The notes beneath the pieces were generated by a model that had not been told where the DNA came from, searched no databases, and worked only from the letters and a program-made list of their open reading frames with translations. A stretch of 64,000 bases of DNA from Nannocystis bainbridge (GTDB lineage: Bacteria; Myxococcota_A; Polyangia; Nannocystales; Nannocystaceae): positions 4,288,001 through 4,352,000 of the forward strand of contig NZ_JAQNDL010000001.1 of assembly GCF_028368995.1 (NCBI RefSeq). Reading direction: 5' to 3'. The translations under genes and the position numbers were made by a program. Below, in pieces: positions 47,809 through 58,034 of the stretch (position 1 is its first letter; each line of letters begins with the position of its first letter).

Positions 47809-48672
47809 TCAGCGGACCAGTCGGGTGCGGGGTCGCGGCTGGCAGCGCGGGCAAAACGCCCCGCTGCGGCCGCCGGACACGAAACCGACCAGCGCCTGGC
47901 CGCAGCGCGGGCACGGCTCCTCGGCGCGGCCGTAGACGCGCAGATCGTCCTGATTGCGGCCCACTTCGCCCTCCACGTTGCGGAAGTCCTTCAGCGTCGT
48001 CCCGCCGTTGTCGATCCCCCGCTGCAGCACAGCCACGATCGTGCCCGCCAGTCGCTCCCACGCGCTCGCGTGCAGCCGCTGCGCCTCCACCATGGGGAAG
48101 ATCCCCGCCGCGAACAGCGCCTCGACCGCGTAGATATTGCCGAGCCCGGCGATCGCCTCCTGGTCGAGCAGCGCGTCGCGGATCGGCCGGCGCGACGATC
48201 CCAGCCGCTCGGCCAGCACCGCGCCGCCGAACCCCTTCTCGAGCGGCTCCGGCCCCAGCGTCCCCAGCGGCTCGCTCGCCATCAGATCCTGCAGCCGCCC
48301 CGCCCGCAGCCCGCCGAAGCGGCGCGGGTCCACCAGCCGGACCTCGCGGTCGTCGCCCAGACGCAGCGCGAAGTGGGTGTGCGCCACCTTCGGCTGGGCC
48401 GTCGTCGTCACGCCGCAGCGCCCGCTCATCCCCAGGTGGATCACCAGCCCGTTGGTCTCCCCGTCCGGATCTGCGAACTCCCACACGATGTACTTGCCGC
48501 GTCTGCGGATGTCCTTCGGGACATTGTCCTTCAGACAGGCGAGATTCTCCTCCGCCCAGCTCTTGCCGACCCGCAGCTTGAACGCGCTGCGCCACACCTC
48601 GACCACCGGCGCGCGCAGCTGCGCCGCCTGCAGCCCGCGGCGGACCGACTCGACCTCAGGCAGCTCCGGCAC
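47809..48672 (-). CDS. mutM: Formamidopyrimidine-DNA glycosylase
   Basis: MPELPEVE, RRGKY, HLGMSG, DPRRFG, GLGNIY, C4 zinc finger. Confidence 0.97.
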   Translation of the reverse strand: MPELPEVESVRRGLQAAQLRAPVVEVWRSAFKLRVGKSWAEENLACLKDNVPKDIRRRGKYIVWEFADPDGETNGLVIHLGMSGRCGVTTTAQPKVAHTHFALRLGDDREVRLVDPRRFGGLRAGRLQDLMASEPLGTLGPEPLEKGFGGAVLAERLGSSRRPIRDALLDQEAIAGLGNIYAVEALFAAGIFPMVEAQRLHASAWERLAGTIVAVLQRGIDNGGTTLKDFRNVEGEVGRNQDDLRVYGRAEEPCPRCGQALVGFVSGGRSGAFCPRCQPRPRTRLVR

Positions 48673-49504
48673 CGGCCGCCTCCCGCGCCCGCTGTAGCGC
48701 CGCGAACTGCTCCGGCCCCAGCGTCTCGGGCCGCACGCCTGGATCGATGCCCGCCGCCGCGCACCACGCCTGCGCCTCGGCCCGGCTGCCGAGCGACGCC
48801 AGCGAGTTGATCAGCACCTTGCGACGCTGCTGGAACGCCGCCCGCACCAGGTGACGCAGCCCTGCCTCGTCGCCCACCGCGCCCAGCGGCTCCGGCCGGG
48901 CCTCGAGCTTGATCACCGCCGAATCGACCCGCGGCGCCGGCAGGAAGCAGCCACGCGGCACATTGCGCACCCGCGAGATCGCCCGCACCCGCGACAGCAC
49001 CGCCGTCACCCCGCCGTAGTCCTCTTCGCCCGGTCGCGCGCAAAGTCGGTCCGCGACCTCCTTCTGCACCATCACCACCCACGGCCCGCCGGTCGGCACC
49101 TGCTCGAGCAGCGCGAACAGCAGCGGCCCTGTCAGCTGGTACGGCAGGTTGCCGACGATCGCCACCGGCTCCGCCTGCTCCGCGATCGCGGCCGCGTAGT
49201 CGAAGCGCACCGCGTCGGCCTCGTGCAGCACGAAGTTCGGCCGCTCGCCGAGCTCCGCCCGCAGCACCGCGCACAGATCGCGGTCGCGCTCGATCGCCCA
49301 CACCTCCGCCCCGGTCGCCAGCAGCCGGTCCGTCAGCGTCCCCAGGCCTGCGCCGATCTCGATGACCCTTCGGCCCGGTCGCGCCTCGCTCGCCACCGCG
49401 ATCGCCGTGTGCACCTCGGCCGCGATGAGAAAGTTCTGCCCCCAGCTGTGGCGCGCCTGCAGCCCGTAGCGGCGGAGCAGCGCCCCTGGCGAATCGATCG
49501 TCAT
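48656..49504 (-). CDS. rsmA: 16S rRNA m6,2A dimethyltransferase
   Basis: GQNFL, EIGAGLG, GNLPY, MVQKEVADR, PAPRVDS, FQQRRK. Confidence 0.96.
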   Translation of the reverse strand: MTIDSPGALLRRYGLQARHSWGQNFLIAAEVHTAIAVASEARPGRRVIEIGAGLGTLTDRLLATGAEVWAIERDRDLCAVLRAELGERPNFVLHEADAVRFDYAAAIAEQAEPVAIVGNLPYQLTGPLLFALLEQVPTGGPWVVMVQKEVADRLCARPGEEDYGGVTAVLSRVRAISRVRNVPRGCFLPAPRVDSAVIKLEARPEPLGAVGDEAGLRHLVRAAFQQRRKVLINSLASLGSRAEAQAWCAAAGIDPGVRPETLGPEQFAALQRAREAAGAGAA

Positions 49505-49616
49505 GCTCGCACCTCGACCTGTCCCTCAGGACATCTGATTCCCGACCTCGCGCCGCGAATGACCTGTCCCTCGGGACATATCGCCTCGCGCGCGTCGACC
49601 TGTCCCTGCGGCCACA

Positions 49617-50675
49617 TCACTCGCGGGCCCGCCCTTCGTCCAGCGCCAGGCTCGCGTAGACCTCGACCGGCGGCTCACGGCGCCGGCCGGCCGCCCAGCG
49701 CAGCGCAGCCGCCCCGCCGATCATCGCCGCATTGTCGCCGCAGTAGCGCAGCGGCGGCGCCCGCAGCACGAACCCCTCGCGGCTCGCCGCCTCGGCCAGC
49801 GCCGCCCGCAGCCCGCCGTTCGCCGACACCCCGCCGACGATCGTCACCAGCTTCGCGCCCACCCGTTTGCGGGCCACGCGCAGTTTCGCCACCAGCACCG
49901 CCACCACCGCCGCCTGGAACGACGCGCACACATCGGCCAGCGCCTGCCGCGACGACGGTTGCCCGTGTTGATCGACGTACACCGCCACCGCCGTCTTGAG
50001 CCCCGAGAACGAGAACTCGAGGTTCTCGCGCGACCCCAGCATCGCCCGCGGGAACGCCACCGCCGTCGGGTCGCCCTCCGCCGCCAGTCGATCGATCACC
50101 GGCCCGCCGGGGTAGCCGAGCCCGAGCAGCTTCGCCGCCTTGTCGAACGCCTCCCCCGCCGCGTCGTCGCGCGTGCTGCCGAGCACCTCGTAGCGGCCGA
50201 GCCCTTGCACGTGCACCAGCTCGCTGTGCCCGCCTGACACCGACAGCGCCAGGTGCGGCGTGAACTCGGCCGGCGGTACCTCGTCGTCCCCGAGGAACGG
50301 CGACACCAGGTGACCTTCCATGTGGTGCACCCCGACCAGCGGCAGACCTGTCGCAAGGGACAGCCCGCGCGCCAGCTGCACCGCCACCAGCAGCGCCCCC
50401 ACCAGCCCTGGCCCCTCGGTCACCCCGATCGCGTCGAACCACTCGAAGCCGACCCCCGCGCGTGCCAGCGCCTCGCGGACCACCGGCACCGCCGCCGTCA
50501 GGTGATGGCGACTCGCCAGCTCCGGCACCACCCCGCCGAACTGCGCGTGCAGCTCGACCTGCGAGGCGATCACGCTCACGCGCACATGCAGCCCCTCGAC
50601 CACGGCGCAGGCCGTCTCGTCACACGACGACTCGAGCGCGAGGATGCGGGGACCGGCCATCGACCTTTCGGTCAC
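49617..50675 (-). CDS. tsaD: tRNA t6A threonylcarbamoyltransferase
   Basis: LESSCDET, GGVVPELASRHH, HHMEGH, SGGH, DDAAGEAFDK, DNAAMIG. Confidence 0.97.
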   Translation of the reverse strand: MTERSMAGPRILALESSCDETACAVVEGLHVRVSVIASQVELHAQFGGVVPELASRHHLTAAVPVVREALARAGVGFEWFDAIGVTEGPGLVGALLVAVQLARGLSLATGLPLVGVHHMEGHLVSPFLGDDEVPPAEFTPHLALSVSGGHSELVHVQGLGRYEVLGSTRDDAAGEAFDKAAKLLGLGYPGGPVIDRLAAEGDPTAVAFPRAMLGSRENLEFSFSGLKTAVAVYVDQHGQPSSRQALADVCASFQAAVVAVLVAKLRVARKRVGAKLVTIVGGVSANGGLRAALAEAASREGFVLRAPPLRYCGDNAAMIGGAAALRWAAGRRREPPVEVYASLALDEGRARE

Positions 50676-52921
50676 GGCGCAGGGAGCTTGCGCTGGAGCG
50701 AGCGCAACTGCGCGCGGACCGTGGTGGCGTAGCGCGCCTTGGGGTCGAGTTCAAGATAGCGCTCGTATGCGTGGACCGCGGTCGCGACCTCGCCGAGCTC
50801 TTGCGCGATCACCCCGAGGGCCAGCTGCGCGTCGGCCAGCCCCGCATCGGCCTCGACCGCCGCCTTGGCGGCCGGCAGGGCCTCCGCGAACTTGCCCTGA
50901 TCGAGCCGCGCATTGGCCAGCAGCGCCTGCGCCTCCGCGTAGCCCGGCGCCTCCGTCACCAGCTCGACCAGCGTCGCCTCGGCGTCCTTCGCCTTGCCGT
51001 TCTTGTATTGCTTCTGCGCCGCCTCGAGCTTCGCCTGCTGCTCCGGCGAGATCGGCGTCCCCGGCGGCGGCGCCACCGCGTTCGTGGGCTCCGTCGCTGG
51101 CGGCGGCTCGGGCGCAGGTTCGATCACCGCGACCTTCTCGGGCGTCGTCGGCTCCGTCTTCGCCGGCTCGACCCTCGCCGGCTCGACCTTCTGCGGCTCC
51201 GGCTCCGGCTGGGCCCCCGCCACCGGCTCGACCGCCTGCTTGCTCGCCCCCGCCAGCAACCTGTCCCTTGGGACATCTGCCGAAGTCGGCCGCCACAGCA
51301 GCGCTGCCACCGCCGCGGCGCCCACCGCCATCAACCCCCACGGCCACAGCGAGCGTCGCCGCGGCGCCTCTTCGGCCGCCACCGCGAAGTTCGCCGCCGA
51401 CACCTGCGACGGCGCCGGCGTCACTCCCGAGTTCATCGCCAGCGTCTGCGCCACCAGCTCGTTGAGGCGACCGAGGTCCGCCGCGCTCTCCGAGAGCAGC
51501 GGCTGCCCGTCGCCTGGCGACGACTCGAACGCGCTGATCGTCGGGATCGCGCCGCTGTGTTCGCGCCTGCGCACGATCACCGAAGAGGATGGACGCGCCC
51601 GCGGCGTCGGCACGTCGCGCGGCATCACCAGCTCGCCGACGGCCTCCGCGCTCGGCGCTCCCATCGGCGACGCGATCGTGAACGGGCCCAGGCGATCGGT
51701 CACGCGATCAGGATGACCCACCGGGGTCACCTCTGGCGAGTCACCTGGCCCGTGAGACTCGTCCGGAATCCCGCCGACCAGCACATCGTCGTGCTCCGCC
51801 CCGCCGGAGCCCGGGAACGGCTGCGGGTAACTCGGCATCGGCGGCAGATCGGCCGCCGCCTGGGCCGGCGGCGTGAGCTCGGGCGGCGGCACCTGGATCG
51901 CCATCGAAGTCGCCTTGTGGAGGTCCCACAGCTCCAGGTTGCCCTCGACCGGCGTCTCTTGCGACTGCTCCAGCGCCGACTCGTGCGGCTCGAGCAGCAG
52001 CCCCTTGAAGTAGAGCTCGCTGACGTGCTCGAGCGCCTGCAGGTCGTCGAGGCCCGAGTCGTCGATCGCCTGGATGATCGTCCGCCGGGCGTTGAAGCGG
52101 CGCAGGATCGTCTGCTCCTGTGGCGTCAGCTCCGGGTCCGACTTCGCCGCCAGGCTCGTGTCGATGATGAGCACGTGGTCGAGCGGCGGCAGCCCCTCGA
52201 GCAGGCGGCCCCACTCGTCGACCCGCCGCATCCCCTCCATCAACAGGCTCTGCGTCGACTCCTCGATCGTCGGCACCCGGCTGATCGCCTTGAACTCGAC
52301 CTCGAACCGGCCGTCGCTGAGCCCCAGCAGCCGGAACACCGCCGCGTCCGCTTGCAGCCGCCCCATCTCCGCGTCGATCAGCCGCCCGTCGCGGAACCAC
52401 ACCGCCGCCCGCCCCAGGTCCGTCTCGAACTCGATCGTCCCGCTCTTGCGCGAGATCTCGATCGTCTGCATCAGGTCCACGATCGCCATGTCGGCGAGCT
52501 GCCCGCTGAACTTCGTACGCGCGTCCTTCTTGCCGATCCGCTCCTGCTGCTTTCGTTGCAGCAGCATCTTCACGCGGACCATGATCTCTTTGACGTAGAT
52601 CGGCCGCGTCAGGTAGTCGTCGACGCCGAGCTCGAGCCCGTGGACCTTGTCTTCCAGCTCGGTGGCCGAGGTCAGGAAGATGAAGGGGATCTGGCCCCAC
52701 TTGGCGTGGCTCTTGACGATCCGGCAGAACTCGAAGCCGCTGCCGTCGGGTAGCCGCGTATCCGACACGATCAGCTCAGGATCCGTCAGATCGAGGAACT
52801 GCAGCGCCTGCAGCATGTTCTCGGCCGCGGTGATGCTGTAGCCGGCCTTGCGGAGGCTGACCTCGAGCACCCGCCGCGTCCGGGCGTCCGCGTCGACGAT
52901 CAGCAGGTTTTGCCGGGCCAT
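50672..52921 (-). CDS. Response regulator receiver + DUF4388/PATAN-like domain + Pro-rich linker + TM + TPR
   Basis: Receiver (LIVD, SDT, FLTS, DDYLTRP); FSGQL...DLMQ...SRKSG; TM helix; C-terminal TPR ending YERYLELDP. Confidence 0.85.
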   Translation of the reverse strand: MARQNLLIVDADARTRRVLEVSLRKAGYSITAAENMLQALQFLDLTDPELIVSDTRLPDGSGFEFCRIVKSHAKWGQIPFIFLTSATELEDKVHGLELGVDDYLTRPIYVKEIMVRVKMLLQRKQQERIGKKDARTKFSGQLADMAIVDLMQTIEISRKSGTIEFETDLGRAAVWFRDGRLIDAEMGRLQADAAVFRLLGLSDGRFEVEFKAISRVPTIEESTQSLLMEGMRRVDEWGRLLEGLPPLDHVLIIDTSLAAKSDPELTPQEQTILRRFNARRTIIQAIDDSGLDDLQALEHVSELYFKGLLLEPHESALEQSQETPVEGNLELWDLHKATSMAIQVPPPELTPPAQAAADLPPMPSYPQPFPGSGGAEHDDVLVGGIPDESHGPGDSPEVTPVGHPDRVTDRLGPFTIASPMGAPSAEAVGELVMPRDVPTPRARPSSSVIVRRREHSGAIPTISAFESSPGDGQPLLSESAADLGRLNELVAQTLAMNSGVTPAPSQVSAANFAVAAEEAPRRRSLWPWGLMAVGAAAVAALLWRPTSADVPRDRLLAGASKQAVEPVAGAQPEPEPQKVEPARVEPAKTEPTTPEKVAVIEPAPEPPPATEPTNAVAPPPGTPISPEQQAKLEAAQKQYKNGKAKDAEATLVELVTEAPGYAEAQALLANARLDQGKFAEALPAAKAAVEADAGLADAQLALGVIAQELGEVATAVHAYERYLELDPKARYATTVRAQLRSLQRKLPAP

Positions 52922-52989
52922 GTGCCCTCACCTGCGGGGGAGCCCCCGGCTCCCCGGCTCCACGACGCGCCTGCTCCCCCGGAATTCCC

Positions 52990-53800
52990 CACGGCTCGTA
53001 AAACGATAGCAACCCGGTCAACCGGGCGGCAAGCGGCCGCGCCGCGCGCTGGCGGCCAACATGTCCCAAAGGCCATGGACGTTAGTGCGCTTCTTCCCCG
53101 CGGCTCGTCGTGCAATCGCAGCCCCGGCAACCGAGCGGCGAGCGGCCGCGCCGCTGGCGACCAACATGTCTCAAAGGCCATGGACGTTAACGCGCCTCTT
53201 CCCCGTGGCTCGTCGTTCAATCGCAGCCCCATCAACCGTGCGGCGAGCGGCCGCGCCGCCGGCGGCTCACATGCCCCAAAGGCCATGGACGTTAACGCGC
53301 CTCCCCATGGTCGTGCGCTCGCAGCCCCGTCAACCGAGCGGCGAGCTGCCGGCCCAACATGTCCCGAAGGCCATGGACGCTTGCGCGCCTCCCCAAGGCT
53401 CGTCGACCGCTCGCAGCCCGTCAACCGAGCGGCGAGCAGCCACGTTGCCGGCGGCCAACATGTCTCAAAGGCCTTGGACGTTAACGCGCCTTCCATGGCT
53501 CGTCGTGCCGCTCGGTTGACGTGGCTGCGAGCGCAAGCTGCCGCGCGCAGGCGGCCCAACATGTCCCAAAGGCCACGGACGTTAGCGCGCCTCCCCATGG
53601 CTCGTCGCCCGAGGGCGGCCCCGTGATTGAGCGACAAGCGGCCGCGTTCCCCCGCCAAGCCCAGCAGAAGCTCACCAATTCCAGTGGGGTCCCACTGCAC
53701 CGTCGTGGCCGTCGATCGAGCTCCGCTTCCCGGCGGACGCCGAGACATCGCCGCTACCATCCACATGTCCCAGCGACCATGGACATTAGCGCGCGCTCGT
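52990..53800. repeat. Degenerate ~100-105-bp tandem repeat (6 units plus partial/degenerate flanks)
   Basis: Core GGCGGCCAACATGTCCCAAAGGCCATGGACGTTA recurs at about 53051, 53156, 53261, 53350, 53450, 53550, with a weak copy at about 53761. Confidence 0.9.
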
Positions 53801-54202
53801 GTTTTCCGTGCTCCGCGTTTCTCTGCTAGCTTGCCCGAGTGGTCGGCGTGCCGTTCCATCCCTTCGAGACCACGCCTGCAGCCGTCACTCGCTGCCGACG
53901 CGTACATGCCTCGGGGATCATCCGTAACCGACGTGGGCCGCGACGACCTCGACGGCGGCCGCTAGCCCGACTTCCTGCTGCTCGCCTGGCCAGCGACCCG
54001 CGTCATCGACGCCCAGACCGAGCCGGTTCGCCGAGGTCACCGTCGACCTGGAGCGCGGCCGAGGCGAAGCTCCACCGATCCTTGGTGCGCTCGTCCTCGC
54101 CGATCGTGCTTCCGTGCGCAGTTCCCCCGGGACGCCCACGGCTGCCCGGGGTCCTCGTGACCGATCGAACTCTGTGAGCCGTCGCCGCGAGACACCCGGT
54201 CG

Positions 54203-55357
54203 ATGCACGCCGATTCCCCGCCCTCCGCGCTCCCCCTGCCGCCCGAGACGCTTCGCGTCCGCCTCCGCCAGGCGCCCGTCACCGCCGCGCTGCTCGGCGT
54301 GTGCATCGTCCTCTACGCGATCACCTTCATCGCCACCCTCGCGCAGGCCCCCGACCCGCTGGACGTGGCGATGCGCAGCGTATGGAGCCTGAGCCTCACC
54401 GACAGCACCGACATCTTCCGTCAGCTCGGCGCCCTCGAGCTCTCGCGCGTGTGGCTGGACGGCGAGTGGTGGCGCGTCGCTACCACCGGCCTGCTTCACG
54501 GCAGCTTGCTGCACCTGGTGCTCAACAGCATCGCCCTGCTCTCGGTCGGTGAGTGGGTCGAGCAAGCCTGGGGCCATTTTCGCACGCTCGCGCTGTTCAC
54601 GCTGGCGAGCATCGGCGGCGCCCTCGCCTCGCTCGCGTGGTGCGAGTCCCCGATCGTGCTCGGCGCCTCGGCGGGGATCCTCGGCCAGGCCGGTGCTATC
54701 TGGCTCGCTCGCCGCTGGGGCTCGCCCATCCTGCAGGACAAGCTCGCGCCGATCTCCGCCACCAGCCTGGCGATCTTGATCGTCATCTGCCTCGGCGTTG
54801 GTCTCCTCGTCCCCGGCATCGCTCAGGCTGGCCACCTCGGAGGTCTCGCCGCCGGCCTTCTCCTCGGCGGCGCCTGGGTCACCGGCAGGCGCGCCGGGAA
54901 ATTCGCCCTCTCCCTCGCGCTCGCCCTCCTGCTCGGCGGCCTCGCCTGGCTCGGCGCCCGCCCCACCCACCGCACCAACTACTACGCCATCCTCGGCTTC
55001 CGCCAGCTCGCCGACGACCGCCCCGCCGACGCCCTTATCCTCTTTAATAGAGGGCTCGAGCTCGACCCCGACAACGCCAGCTTCCGCAACGCCGTCGCCT
55101 ACCAACTGGCCGTCGACGGCGTCGAGCTCGACCGCGCCGAGTCCCTCTCCCTCGCCGCCCTCGCCACGAACCACCTCAATCCGAGTTACCTCGATACCCT
55201 CGGATGGATCTGGTGCCGCCAAGGTCATCCGGCCGCCGGCACCCACGCGCTCCAAGCGGCCGCCTGGTTAGCGAGCGAGCGCTTCCCGGAAGTCGACGAG
55301 CACCTCGCAGGCTGCGCCTCGGCCGCGGCGCCGAGTGTTCCACGTGAAACACTCTGA
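54203..55357 (+). CDS. Rhomboid family intramembrane serine protease with C-terminal TPR
   Basis: GEWWR, LHGSLLHLVLN, GASAG, GHLGG; YLDTLGW TPR. Confidence 0.9.
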   Translation: MHADSPPSALPLPPETLRVRLRQAPVTAALLGVCIVLYAITFIATLAQAPDPLDVAMRSVWSLSLTDSTDIFRQLGALELSRVWLDGEWWRVATTGLLHGSLLHLVLNSIALLSVGEWVEQAWGHFRTLALFTLASIGGALASLAWCESPIVLGASAGILGQAGAIWLARRWGSPILQDKLAPISATSLAILIVICLGVGLLVPGIAQAGHLGGLAAGLLLGGAWVTGRRAGKFALSLALALLLGGLAWLGARPTHRTNYYAILGFRQLADDRPADALILFNRGLELDPDNASFRNAVAYQLAVDGVELDRAESLSLAALATNHLNPSYLDTLGWIWCRQGHPAAGTHALQAAAWLASERFPEVDEHLAGCASAAAPSVPRETL

Positions 55358-57348
55358 GCCGGCTCATCGCCGAGCGAGAGCCGGGCTTCTTCAGCCCGCA
55401 CAGCCTGATGTTCCACGTGAAACGTGGCGAGCTTGCCGCGCACCTCGCGGCCTGCATTTCGGCCGCGGGTGTTCCACGTGAAACACTCTGAGCCCGGTCT
55501 TCGCCAGGCCCAGCAAGACGGTCTTCAGACTTCGCATGGCCTGATGTTCCACGTGAAACATGACGATTTCCGGCCAGGCGGAGGTACCGGTCGCATGTAG
55601 CTCATACGGGCCGCCGCCCGTAGCCCACACGGTGCTGGACTCAGTCCCTCTGACTCTCTTCGCGGGTTTGGAGTACGCCGCCGCCGGATCGCAGGCCGTC
55701 CCCGGAGTGTTCCACGTGAAACACTCCGAAACCAGCTCGTTCAACAGGCCTAGCAAGAGGCCAGCACCTCAGGCTCGCACAGCCTGATGTTCCACGTGAA
55801 CGACGCCAGCTTCCGCTGCGCCCAACGGCTTGATGACTGGGCCCTTCTGACAGTCATCGCTGCCCGGCGGGCGCCGCATGGGCGCGTTCCCAAAGGCCGG
55901 CTGCGGTGACCTCGGTCTGAAGCTACTGGCGAGCGAATCGCCAAATGCGGTCGCCGAGGGGTCGCCTGTAACCTGCGACTGTAGCGACCAGTCATGCACG
56001 CTAGCCGGCTATCTGGCCTCGGAGGAGTTTCGTCCACTCTCGCTGGGTCTCGTCTATCGAGTGCTTTCACAGCGACCCGCGCGGCCATGGTCGGGTCGAC
56101 GACCCGCCCGGAGATAGTCCCGCAGCAGCATGGGGCATTCATTGTCGAGGACCTGGAACTGCAGTCCCAGCGCCGGCAGACCGAACTCGGCTCCGACGCC
56201 GCCTCTGGGGTCCCTGCAGCCTATCGGCGGCGTACCATCCCTCCAAGTTCAGGCCGAGTCGATTCGAGCGCTGGCGTCGAGCCTAGCTCGAAATCTGCTT
56301 CAGAAATGCCGCCCCGAATGCACAGGCCGCCTGCGGAGCGTTCTCTCCCGCCTCATGACCTCAGCCGGTCCGCGCGAAGCTCTCTGCTTGCGGCCTCTGA
56401 GGGATCCTTCCCCAAGCCGGGACCAAGGACCAAAGGTTTCCACGTGGAACTCATGACCAGTTGCAGCGCCTCGAGGGAACTCCTGGCTCTGCTACTGCCT
56501 GCCCCCGGCTCGCGCCCAAGCGATCACTAAGTCCTGCCTTCCTGGGCGTTCGCTACATCGCCCGAGATAAGCACGTGACGACTCTCCACCGCTGCCAGGC
56601 GCTCAAATGAGCCCTGAGCCTGGATAGCTTCTTCGCGCTCAGGGCTGCCTTCCCGTGTTTCACGTGAACCTGGGGCCTGAAGAATTGGCCCTGAGCCCAG
56701 ACAGGCCGACTCCGCGCTCTAGCCGCTTCTCCAGAAGTCTAAGTGAAACCTGTTTGTAGCGGGGCTGAAGGAGCGTCGACTGTCCCGCTCCAGCTAGTTG
56801 AAAAGAAGCTCTTTCCGCCACCCACTTGCCCGGACCGCGGTGCCGGTCCCCGCCCGGGCCAATCAAGTCCTCGGGGCGCTCGCTCCCGGAAGAGGGATGA
56901 GCTCTCCCGCCGATCACTACGCCCACCAGGGTCGAACTCAAGCATCGGTTTCCGCCGCTCACCAGGCGATCGATTCTGCCTTCTGGACCTGGGCGGCGAC
57001 TTTCCCATTCGCCGCCCAGGCTCCTCGGGTACCTCCCGCCTCAAACCCAATTTGTCATGAGCGGAGCCAGCGTTGAAGGAAGAGCCCAACCTGACTCTTG
57101 CCGCGGGCTGACGGCCTGAGCAGCGGAGAGACACGAGGCTCGGCCTGAGCAGCGGAGAGACACGAGGCCCCCTCGTGTCTCCCTCGAGCACACCTCGCCG
57201 ACGTCACCGAGTATCCCGCTCCGCGCTCAGCTCGTTCGCAGCGCGGCCGCGGAGTTGCCTGACTTCAGCGATCTGCTGACCCAGCACGGAACCCACGCAG
57301 GAATCTCCGCCACCGATGGAGCACCCCTTCACCGTTCCACGTGAAACG
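55336..57348. promoter_or_regulatory. parS: parS centromere cluster (~9 sites)
   Basis: TGTTCCACGTGAAAC(A/G) at 55336, 55409, 55470, 55545, 55708; cGTTCCACGTGAAACg at 57333; variants at 55788, 56436, 56656; matches the universal parS consensus and is origin-proximal. Confidence 0.92.
57112..57181. repeat. 28-bp direct repeat x2 whose second copy forms an 11-bp hairpin
   Basis: cggcctgagcagcggagagacacgaggc at 57112 and 57141; gagacacgagg pairs with cctcgtgtctc. Confidence 0.7.
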
Positions 57349-57349
57349 C

Positions 57350-57994
57350 TCACCCCCGCGCCACCCCGCGGATCGACCACCGGGCATCATCCACCCGCCC
57401 CACCTCGCCCGCGAAGACCCCCGTCTCCGCCCGCACATGGGCGACGACCACCCCGCCCGGCTTGACCCACTGCCGGCCCACTTCCACCCAAACCTCGGGG
57501 CTGAACACCGCCCTCGCGCTGGCCCAGTCGAAGCTCCCCGGCGTTACCAGCTCCCCACCATTCTTGACCGGCCGCCAAGACGCCCCCTCGACGTGTCCGC
57601 GCAGCACCCCGCAATCTCGCCGCCCGATCTGGTGCACCGCCATGTCGAGAAAGGACGCCCGCCGTTCCCGCGGCTCGATCAGCGTCACCTGCACCTCGAG
57701 ACAGGCAGCAACCACCAGCGCAGGAAAGCCGGCACCCGAGCCGACATCGAGCCAGCGCTGCTCGGGTCGTGTCCCGATTTTGTGCGCCAGGCCGACCACC
57801 TGCAGGCCCTCGAGGACATGTCCCAAAAGACCTGCCTCATCGGTTGCCCCGCTCAGGTTGAACGCACGACCGAAGCGCTGCCACAGCCCCAGCAGCAGCC
57901 GCAGCCGGTCCACTGCTGCGGCCTCGAGGTTGAACCCGAAGCGCGTCGCCGCCGCCTCGAGCTCACCGCCAATATCGACATTGCTCCCCTGCAC
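57350..57994 (-). CDS. rsmG: 16S rRNA m7G527 methyltransferase
   Basis: FNLS, H..EGL, LDVGSGAGFP, IEPRERRASFL, SARAV; start approximate. Confidence 0.88.
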   Translation of the reverse strand: MQGSNVDIGGELEAAATRFGFNLEAAAVDRLRLLLGLWQRFGRAFNLSGATDEAGLLGHVLEGLQVVGLAHKIGTRPEQRWLDVGSGAGFPALVVAACLEVQVTLIEPRERRASFLDMAVHQIGRRDCGVLRGHVEGASWRPVKNGGELVTPGSFDWASARAVFSPEVWVEVGRQWVKPGGVVVAHVRAETGVFAGEVGRVDDARWSIRGVARG

Positions 57995-58034
57995 GCTCGC
58001 GGAGTAAGAAGAGCCCTCCCTTCTGTCAAGCAGC

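Noticed and set aside
52990-53800. CRISPR array
   Set aside because: The sequences between conserved cores are homologous to each other rather than unique spacers, the cores are degenerate, and there are no cas genes in the window.
55391-57191. Short ORFs in the parS region (FHVEH/FTWN/VSRGT peptides)
   Set aside because: The recurring peptides are translations of parS itself, and codon usage is not gene-like.
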